Shown here: positions 24,531 to 33,444 of the stretch, piece after piece | Layout: each line of letters opens with the position of its first letter | How positions within the stretch are numbered: the first letter of the stretch is position 1 | Assembly (NCBI GenBank): GCA_020536535.1 | Contig: JAHLWZ010000982.1 | Coordinates: 1-33,444, forward strand | Reading direction: 5' to 3' | Length of the DNA: 33,444 nucleotides | Source of the DNA: Pelomyxa schiedti | Lineage: Eukaryota; Protista; Evosea | Made by a program: the position numbers and the translations under genes | Notes under the pieces: model-generated | What the model saw: the letters and a program-made list of their open reading frames with translations, nothing else | Databases searched by the model: none | Told to the model about the DNA's origin: nothing

Positions 24531-24863
24531 ACCACTATACTGTAAAGCAATGTAAATGAAAAGAAAGGTTGTTTTAAGTTACCGGTGCTCCCACCAGCCC
24601 GACTCGTCCCTATAAATAATTCCAGTGAGGGACGCGGAACAGTTCAGGGTGGGGAAAAAAATAACGAAGTTGGGCGGCAGACTGCGGCCGGCGCAACGGT
24701 AACCCGAGAGTGCTCATTGTGGGTCTTGCTAAATGTGTCCTCTCAGCAGAAAAGTTGTGTCTCAGGTTCCCGGGATACTCGACAGGATTAATTAATTAAA
24801 CAAGTCGAGCGAGTCAACGGTGAGTGGCGAGACGAGATCTGCGGAAAGACGACAAGTATAACG

Positions 24864-27763
24864 ATGGACAAAGGCAAAGAGGGGGACGATGGTGCGGTGG
24901 TCGACGACGGTAGTGGCGGAGATGCGTCTGCTCACAATTTTCCGGCCCCGGCGACATCGCAATCTCCTGTGAACGATAGTGACAAAATGCTGCTATCGTA
25001 TCGGCCTGGCTTTTCGCTTTCGTTTTGTACTTAATGTCTGCCAGACCGTGCAGAAAACGCAAGAAAGGGGACCCTGCCAGAAAGGGCGACATTGAAGTAG
25101 TTCCATTCCCAAGGGTTACCAATATGACTTGTGAAACACCTCCGATTCTAGAAGGAAACACTTGTTCTACTGCGGGAGAAGTTGCTGCGGATTCAAGTAC
25201 CCAAGATCCAATTCCTCCGTCAACGTATGCCTTCCTCTTATTTCTTGTGGCCGAACATTTGCAGGGACGACGACTCCTCTGACAGTGATGAAGATGAACA
25301 ACTATGTAGAACGCCTTTAAACTCAAACACACATTCCCCACAGTCCCCCGAGTCCAGCGATTCAGAGGCCTCAACAAATAAGCCCCAAGAGGGAGTGACT
25401 GACTCTGGGCAAAGTAAATTGATGAATTCAGTCTCTTATTTAATGCTTTCAGAGTTCAGAGTTCCTCATACCAAAAGCCCGTTGCCTCTTTATAGTCCCC
25501 TTCGTTGGACTCTTTTTGACTGGCTTAAAAGTAGCTGTCTACTCAGCGTTATTTTATTATTTTTGCCCCTTCCTCGTTGGGTAGGTTTGCTCCAAATCCT
25601 TTTCGTATTACCCTGGAAAAAGGTATTAATCGTTTGGTTCGGGATTTGGAGACTTGCTTACAACTTAGGAATAGGATTACTCCTTAAGTACAATTCCAAC
25701 TCGTTGTATGCCTTTAATCATGGACAGATACCAGTCAGAAAACAAGGTTATCACAAAATTTACACAGCAGATCCTGTCAAAACCGAACAATATGTTATAT
25801 TCAATTGCTAAAACCGCGGCCCACGTTGACGTAGATAACGATTACTCGTTTGAGGTAATTGCACTCATTTGGTGTAAGAGTTAATCCAATACATAGAGTG
25901 CACCACCAAGTTTGACAGCATGGCTACTCTTTCGGCCAGTGGTTGATGTGATACTATTCTACGATGTAGTAGCATACTTTGTTTTTGTGCTAGGCTATTG
26001 GTACTGACGGAACTTATGCGGGGCCTTACCAAACACAGGACTGCTCCGGCCCATTTCTTTTCTCTGAAAACCCTTCTCTCTTACATTGGGGGAGTCTTCT
26101 TGTGCTTCTTTGCCTTGTGGGCAAAGACGGACTCTTTCAGAGTTGTAAAAGACTATGCTTGGTGTAATACTACCTATTCTTGAGATGTGAGTAACTGTGT
26201 AACAGACTGGGGGGATTTTTTCTTTGCAATTCATCAGAAACTAACCTTTGATCGTGTATTTCGCATAGCGCCACATCCCATGTACACAATTGGGTTCGTT
26301 ACAAAGACAATTTATCTTTTTCTCTCTCTCTAATTCCTTTGTCAGATATGCATTCTTCTACGGATTTGCTCTGCTAACACACTCGTATATTGTTCTTTAT
26401 GTGAGTTTGGCTGCACATGTATGTCAGTTGGTATTCCTTGCTTTAGTTGAAACCCCGCGTATGTCTTCATTTTTTCAAGAAATTCTCTGTCTAAGGAACT
26501 ACTAGATATGAAGAAAATTTACCCTGAAATGGTTGGAGATTCCTCTTACAAATTCAGTGGTGGTGCTTTGCCCCGCTCCCTAGTCGGGTTCGGAAATTTC
26601 ACACCTTACCGGGGCGTGGACCTACTTTTTATGGTGTTTGTTGCACAAAACATCGTTGTCCACATAGTCCTAATTGAATCCATCCCGACTTGGGTTTTTG
26701 TATGTATGTCATGTTTTCTTTTCCTGCAACTTTCCTCAATTTCATTCAGGTGAAGTTCTATTCTGGCGACTGTGGCTGAGTGGGGTTCTTGGACTCGTGT
26801 TACATTTACAAAGTAAGAGTAATTGGTTTGTCCTCAAGTGTGAAAAAATGGGAATGAATACTGCACAGGCTTTTGACAACTGGAAATTGTAATCCCTTAA
26901 CTTATAAAACTTGGGTAACCAAATTACAGAATTTACAACGCTGCCCACGTAATGACATACGTTTCATTCTTTTGCTGTGCCGTGAAGTACAGTGCCGGTG
27001 TCACCTTCCAGCCCTATTGTGTTGCTCAAGTATTAGCGTTGGTTTGTACAATACAATTTGAATTATCACTAAATTCCCAAAAGGTCCTTTGTAGCATAAG
27101 CCTGTGGTGTTCTCTTTCGACATACGAAGTTCTAGGAGATTATGGCTGGTTTTATGGTGACTTTTTCATTACATCAGCTGTCCCAGTACCAGTGGTTTAT
27201 AGCGGAATATACAGGTTCACAATACAGTTTTCTCCTCGCTAATCACATACAGATTTATGGACAATCCAGACAGCATCATTGGATGGGGAGGTTTTTATGG
27301 ACTGGGACTATTTGCTGAGAGCAAAACAGTGGTACTACTTGCTGCTATCTGCCAGGTCATCAACTACCTGTTTATAGTTTTCGTGGAGAGGTAGCACAAC
27401 CTGCACGAACCATAACCTAACATTTACACTAGTCCCCACATGAGGAAGATTCACGGTGGTAAACTACGGCCAATTAGCGGCATACAGAGCGGCGTCACTG
27501 ATATCTTCCTGGATATGGTCGAAAAGAATCCGAGAATACAAAAGCTCAATAAGAAGGCAAGAAGGGAAATAAGCAAGTAAGAATCTACCTCCCTCCTTTC
27601 AAATTTCTTCCACCCCCACACAACACCAAACTCATTACAATTCAGGATCAAGAAAAGAATAACCACGGAGATCAAGGGCCTGAGCATACACGACCGCATT
27701 GGGCTACAAAAAGCCAAGTCCACACTTTTTGAGAACCTCCTACTCAAGAAGAAGAAGAGCTAA
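24864..27763 (+). CDS. CHO2: Phosphatidylethanolamine N-methyltransferase, fungal Cho2/Pem1 type (two PEMT repeats), multi-exon
   Basis: Spliced motifs [80 protein letters not shown] and a second repeat [34 protein letters not shown]. Ends KKKKS* (KKXX ER-retrieval-like). Confidence 0.88.
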
Positions 27764-27970
27764 CTAAACTCCCATATGGCACTCCTTTTTTTTTTTGGCC
27801 CCACCCAACACCCATTATTCCACCTCTCTTTCTCATGTACCCAATCAATTTCGTTTTCCCGGAAGTTGCAGTTGCACATCGGAGATTAACCCAATTTGCG
27901 TTGGCGTGTGTTGCCGGGCGTAGTGAAGGGAAGTTGTTGAGGGATTCATTTGCGTTTAGAATATAATACA

Positions 27971-30191
27971 ATGTCTCGGTTGAGTGAGTCTCTTTTTTTT
28001 TTCCTCCAATTGGCCCGTTTGGCATATAATTTGTGTACATTATATATTATTAGGTTATGTTCCACCTGAGAAGAAAAGGGTTGGTACCAAGGTCAGTGAA
28101 GAGGACCCCGAAAAGTTGTATTGGGGCAGGTACAAGGTAATAATAAGTTTTCAGTCATAACTGCCATCATTAATGTGAGCCACCACCCCATGTAGGCTGT
28201 TGGAACAGTGCCTGTTGATGGCCCAGTTTCATCAATTGTGATGTCCCCAAAGTATTCAAGCTGCCCGGAAATACTAGTCACTGCAAACCTGGTATCTCCA
28301 TCCCCCCTTTTTGAATAAGATTATTATAAATGCGTCATGTAACCCTTAGATAGCCTCACGTGATAGACCTTCAGTCATATTCTATAGCAAAGTCATTCAC
28401 AAAGTTCAGGGAGGTATGACGTCCCAAACAAAGGAAAGCATTGGGTTTCTGACCCTTAGACAGACTGCCCTTGGTGCGTCATATCGAAGTGATGGGAAGA
28501 TGATTGCTTGTGGGGGTACTTACCCAGCAGTGAAAATATTCCAAGCCACGACCTTGGGTTTACTCAGGACCTTTCGTGGTCACAAAGCGTAAGCATTCTT
28601 TTACTTTCCACAGGATTGACATTGCCAGTCCAGTGAGAGCCACTGGGTTTTTGAGTGACAATGTCACGGTCGTGTCTGCTGCGGAAGATGGAGTTGTTAA
28701 AACGTGGGATATGGCCACTGGGAACAACATAACAACTACACAAGCTCATTCCGTACAGTTTCACCCGCAACTCGATTCGTATTTACTTTAGACAGGACCA
28801 TGTACGGCAGTTACTCACTAGTCCGAAAGATAATACCTTTTGGGCTACTGCTTCGTACGATCAAACCATTAAGGTAATAAAATACCCTTTGAATTGTCTC
28901 TTAAAGCACCTACAAGTTATGGGATTTACGACAAAAATCCAATGTTATGACAATGAAACACGCATCTCCAGTTGAATCAATAATATTTTTCCCAGGTGGT
29001 AACATCATCGCTTCTGCAGGTATCACGGCTTACGGCCATCTGCTCTTAATTGAATGTAATACAGGTGGCACCTCCGTGAAAATATGGGACCTTTTGAACG
29101 GGGGTTCCCAGCAGAGAACTCTTTCTGGAAACCACTTGAAAACAATTACTAGTCTCGGAATTTCGTCAGATTCTTCGAGATTGTTTTCTGGCGGTCTTGA
29201 TGAGCACATCAAGGTAAAGTTGATTGATAGAAGCATATACTCAATAAACCCAAGGTATACAATGTATCAAGTTGGACAGTTGCACACACTTTTTCCTACC
29301 CGTCTCCTATTCTCTCCCTGGGCTTTTCAGTACGGCTTCGCTCTCACACTCTGTGCCACTAACCCAAGACCATCACAGCCGGATGACAAAACCCTTGTAG
29401 TTGGTGGCAGCGATGGTAAATTACACATACAACAACAAACAGACGAAACAGCAGTCACTCCGGCACCACAACCAAGTGAACTTCCTACCAAAAGATACTG
29501 GAAACCAGTAAGTTATTCAATCCTTCCCTTCCGCTCCGCTTTCTCTCTGTTTATTTGTAACACTACAAGTGAAATCTCTAATCACGACATGCATAGGCAC
29601 CATCAAGACCCACAGCACAGCGGAACTATCAACCACCTGATCACATAACAAAATACTTTCAGATGTTACAACACCCTAAGGCTCTCGATGCAGCTCTTGA
29701 GGTAAACAGCCACAAAACACCCTCTCTAATCACATGATATCATTGTTAGGTATATTCAGAACAGCATGAACCCTTGGCTGTAATGAGTACTCTGCAAGAG
29801 CTTCTGAGACGAGGGAGACTCGTTGAGGCAGTGGGATCAAGGGATGATGATTCTCTGGCTCCCATTGTTATGTTCCTTTGTGAGAACATTGACACACCCG
29901 CGTTCACAAATACTTTGGTTGCGATAACTCATGTTATATTGGGTACGCCGAACATATCTTTCCACAAACTCACATATTTGTAACATTCATTATTTTGGCT
30001 ACACAGATATCTATACAGACCACCTGCAAGGTTCACCTATGATAGAGCATTTACTGGAGAAGCTGTTCAGCAAAGTCAAGACAGAAATCAGACTTGAGGA
30101 TACTATGATGGAATTGTTGGGGTCCTTGTCTCTCATTGTCTCATCTGGAACCCAAAGCAATCCTATTTCCACATCCGCTTCATCATCATGA
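27971..30191 (+). CDS. UTP15: U3 snoRNA-associated protein 15 (WD40 repeats plus UTP15_C), multi-exon
   Basis: N-terminal PEKLYWGRYK, ASYRSDGKMIACG, LRTFRGH, ATASYDQTIKLWDLR, HASPVES..FFPGG, HLKTITSL, SGGLDEHIKVY, and C-terminal VMSTLQELLRRGRLVEAVGSRDDDSL..LFSKVKTEIR. Confidence 0.9.
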
Positions 30192-30394
30192 GTATAATAA
30201 GAGAGAAAATCCCGCCATTTTTACATTCTTTCTGTGATAATCCTCCTAAAGGATATTGGTACATAGTTTTAGGGTGGGATCATACCCTTGAGCTTTGAAT
30301 TGTAATTTGTACTCTTCCATAAATGTAGAAATGCAAGGGGGCTTCGGGATTGCAAGTTGGTCCTAGGGTAACAGGAAAGGTAAGTACAGTCCAT

Positions 30395-31720
30395 TCAGGT
30401 GCACATTACCTCAAAGTCAACCTCATCATCCCATGAAAAGCGGCAAGGTACTGTTGGTGGGAGAACTAATCGCCTGGCTTTGTAGTTTGTTGGTTTTGAA
30501 TCAGTGGGAGTTGGAGGGTGAGTAGCGGGACTGGGGCTTGGGCTTGGGCTAGCTCTCTTCAATATCTCTGGAGGTTTCACACCGGGAATAGGAACCAGCC
30601 ATCTTAATGTTTGGTTTAAAGTTGTGTTAGTCACTTGGCTGGCGAAACTCCAGTCCCTATGAAATATTTGATTCATCCACACAGGGGTAATGTCCTCCTG
30701 TTGGTTCTTTTCCAAAGGTGACTCCTTGTTGGGCACAGGGTTTTCCAGTTCCACGTTCAATACTGCGATAAGTGGCGGTTGTGGGCTATTCTTGGGCAAA
30801 GTTGGTGTACTTGATTTCACCTTGGCTGCTCTAGAACTGGAAGAATTCTTTTTCCCTGTTGAGCCGCGAACACTCTTCTTTGTTTTGGCTCCTTTGTGGT
30901 GCTTTGCTTTGTTCTTTCTCTTTGAAAGCTTCCTTGCATCAGAGGTACTCATTACAGGGGGCAACTTGAGCCAGGGGTCCTCCTCGTTAGCCGGGCTTTG
31001 CTTAGACGCCTTTCTAGGGTGCCGCGGAGCCGCCTCGGTGTATTCCTCGTCATCAGAGTCAGATACAGACTCAGCTTCCCACTCCTCACCCCACCCCTCA
31101 TACTCAGTCAGAGTCAAAGCGCTCTTCTTCCTTGATTTGCCTGATCCCCGGGCCCCAGACTTTGGAATCCTGCCATTTTTCCTATCAGAAGTGTACCATT
31201 TTTCCGCGTCGTTCTCGGACTCATTATTGGACGGGCTGGAATAAGTAACATAAGTAGCAGAAGTAACCGGCGAAATCATTCCAGTGCCGGTGTCAATAAT
31301 TCTTGGCCTTTTTGGTAGCGGCGGGTCCGTGGGGTTCGAATTCTTCCTCTGGATTTCCAGGGCGCCGCCACCCTGGTTCGCGGAATTTGATGGGGCGGTG
31401 TCGTTGCCGGCGCCCTTGTCGTCGTCCTCAGTTGGTTCTTCCTCAGTCTCGGTGTCCGTCCCGTTGTCACGTGCATGTGGCTGCGCAGCGCGGCCACCTC
31501 CCCCTCCTCCTCCCCCCATAATTCGATTCTGTTGTCCTTGAAGCTGCTGCAAATGCAGCTGCGGTTGTTGTTGTTGCGCGACACCACCCACTATTGCGGA
31601 GGGGGGCACGTCGTTTTGGTTGTACCAGGACGACCTGACGTATTCCACACCCTCGTCTCCCGCGTCGTCGTCGAGGAACCTGAGCGCGTCCATCACCGTG
31701 TCCCTGTCTCGCGTAGACAT
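30395..31720 (-). CDS. Intronless hypothetical protein, 441 aa, low-complexity/disordered with basic NLS-like patches
   Basis: Long uninterrupted ORF with ATG; Gln/Gly tracts, acidic and Lys/Arg-rich blocks (PKRPR, KRKNKAKHHK). No recognisable domain. Confidence 0.7.
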   Translation of the reverse strand: MSTRDRDTVMDALRFLDDDAGDEGVEYVRSSWYNQNDVPPSAIVGGVAQQQQPQLHLQQLQGQQNRIMGGGGGGGGRAAQPHARDNGTDTETEEEPTEDDDKGAGNDTAPSNSANQGGGALEIQRKNSNPTDPPLPKRPRIIDTGTGMISPVTSATYVTYSSPSNNESENDAEKWYTSDRKNGRIPKSGARGSGKSRKKSALTLTEYEGWGEEWEAESVSDSDDEEYTEAAPRHPRKASKQSPANEEDPWLKLPPVMSTSDARKLSKRKNKAKHHKGAKTKKSVRGSTGKKNSSSSRAAKVKSSTPTLPKNSPQPPLIAVLNVELENPVPNKESPLEKNQQEDITPVWMNQIFHRDWSFASQVTNTTLNQTLRWLVPIPGVKPPEILKRASPSPSPSPATHPPTPTDSKPTNYKARRLVLPPTVPCRFSWDDEVDFEVMCT

Positions 31721-31903
31721 TCTTCTGATGGCCGCTTACAAGTCAAGGAAGGGAAGAGGAGATACAAAAACTCTCATCCTCAAGCTCTGGGGCTGTCTCT
31801 CCCCTAGTTCCAGGTCCAGCGCACTCCCTCAGCCGTGCGTGGCGCTGTTGACTCGTCCTTCTGGCATGAGAACTCAACCTGATTGTAGATTCGGAATTTG
31901 ACA

Positions 31904-33444
31904 ATGCAGTCGCCAGGGGGTGCAGCAGTGACCAACAACAACAACAACAACAACGTAGGAGGGGGGACAGGGGTGTATGGTGGCGCGCAACAACAGCCGC
32001 CATCGTCATCAACATCCCCACCACCACAATCGATGATGATGTCGCCGCCTCAGCAGCAGCGCATCAATCACCAACACCAACATCAACAGCAACAGCAACA
32101 ACAACACCAACACCTGCAACACCAGTTGATGATGTACAAGGCTCAGCGTGAGAGGGAACAACAACAACAACAGCAGCTCCAAACTAACAACTATCAACGA
32201 CAGGTATGCACTTCCCTGTGATATAACTACTACAAGAGTAGTACTGAACACGAAAACATTGTGTTTAACTAACGTGTAAATATTAATAGGGTAACAATAA
32301 TAACTACGCACAGCAGCCTGGGTATGCACCTGCTACCCAACAACAAACACAAGCACAAACACAACAACAAATACAACACCCAATTACTACGGCAATCCCA
32401 CAAGTACAGTCATACTCACCGCCACCTGTGTCGCCTGTGTACGGCCCACTCAATAGTGGAATTCCATTATCTGGTTCTGATGTACATTATCAGTTCCTGA
32501 CTGCTGAGAAGCGGCTTGTACCAGGGGTACTACCCTTTTTTTTTTTTTTCTTTTTTCCACGTTATTCTTTGGCTTACTTTCAAAAGGTTGCCCGGGCTGC
32601 TCTTAATCCCTCATTGCCATACCTTAACTTGCAACCAAGACTTCTATCTTCAAGTGGGACTACTCTCTGTCACGGGTTACATGGTATTTTGCTAGTGGTC
32701 TGCCAACAAAAAAAAACCCACCCATTACACAGGTACAATTGAATTCTACTCGCGAGATTTATCTACACACTTTTCAGTTCAACCAACATCCTCCCAGCTT
32801 CAAGGTTTATTTCTTTATCTCGGTTTCATTTTTGAGACTTACCTGCCCCAGGCCTTGCTGTATCTGCCTTCAATATGATAGCATATTCAACTCAGGATGG
32901 GTCCTTGGGCATAGTGCAAAAGTATGAACCATGTAGGTTCACTGAAATCCTGCACCCTTCTCCTTCCAAAACTGTTTTATCCAATTTGGTGAGGTACACC
33001 TTCCGTCATCACTCTGTTTACATTGCCTTAGACATGGAACAACAACAAACTTGGAGTTGCCACTTCAAGTAATATCTTTGTGATTGACGTGGACAGTCTT
33101 ATCAGTCAACGGAAAAACAGTGTTGATGTTTCGCAACTGCCATCTCTTGAAATAGAAAAGGTCAACATTCTTGTTTGTGATGTGAGTTTAAAACAATCAC
33201 AGCCAGCAACATCACTGTGTCTCTGTGGAGATCACCTTGTTTGCATATGTGCAGACGGCAAAGCTACACTCTGGAACCATAAATCAAACGCTAAACATTC
33301 ATGGTGTCCCTGGAGTAGCAGTTCTGTTGCCGTGTTTTCTTCAATGTAAATGCTTGCTTTTCCGTGGACGTTCCTAATTCTGACAAGAGTTTCAATTGGA
33401 GACAAGAAGAGTATAATCCTCGCTTCCGAAAATGAAATCCAAGT
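31904..33444 (+). CDS. PolyQ/N N-terminus plus degenerate WD40 protein, possibly EDC4/VARICOSE-like decapping enhancer; runs off the window
   Basis: ATG 31904 and a Gln/Asn/Pro-rich first exon. Later spliced segments GIPLSGSDVHY, RLLSSSGTTLCHGLHGTIEFY, MIAYSTQDGSL and ATSLCLCGDHLVCICADGKATLW follow the order of motifs I recall for plant VARICOSE/EDC4 WD40 regions (recall-based, weak). Confidence 0.5.
31935..32180 (+). repeat. (AAC)n/(CAA,CAG)n coding microsatellites encoding poly-Asn and poly-Gln
   Basis: Direct observation: NNNNNNN, QHQHQQQQQQQHQH, EQQQQQQLQ. Confidence 0.9.

Overview
A gene-dense, very intron-rich eukaryotic window. The tiny introns, homopolymeric N-termini and one lineage-specific ORF family are reminiscent of an amoebozoan such as Pelomyxa (inference, not verified). 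The six-frame ORF track is fragmented by spliceosomal introns of about 38-55 nt, so I rebuilt the genes by hand-splicing. In order: a partial MFS transporter (-); an intronless hypothetical gene (-); a giant HECTD4/HERC-like HECT E3 ligase (+, about 17 kb, about 85 introns, roughly 4,400-4,500 aa, with SPRY, UBA, UIM, RRM-like and HECT domains); VPS4 (+); an orphan gene (+); a fungal Cho2-type phosphatidylethanolamine methyltransferase (+); UTP15 (+); an intronless low-complexity gene (-); and a partial polyQ/WD40 gene resembling EDC4/VARICOSE (+). The most striking signal is the 256-nt first intron of the orphan gene (23351-23606). It folds into two long hairpins followed by ACA and also carries tRNA-spaced A/B boxes on the opposite strand, making it a candidate undescribed intronic ncRNA or structural splicing element. 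Also notable is a splicing code with very degenerate donors, several GC-AG introns, A-rich acceptors and apparently length-determined 3' splice-site choice.
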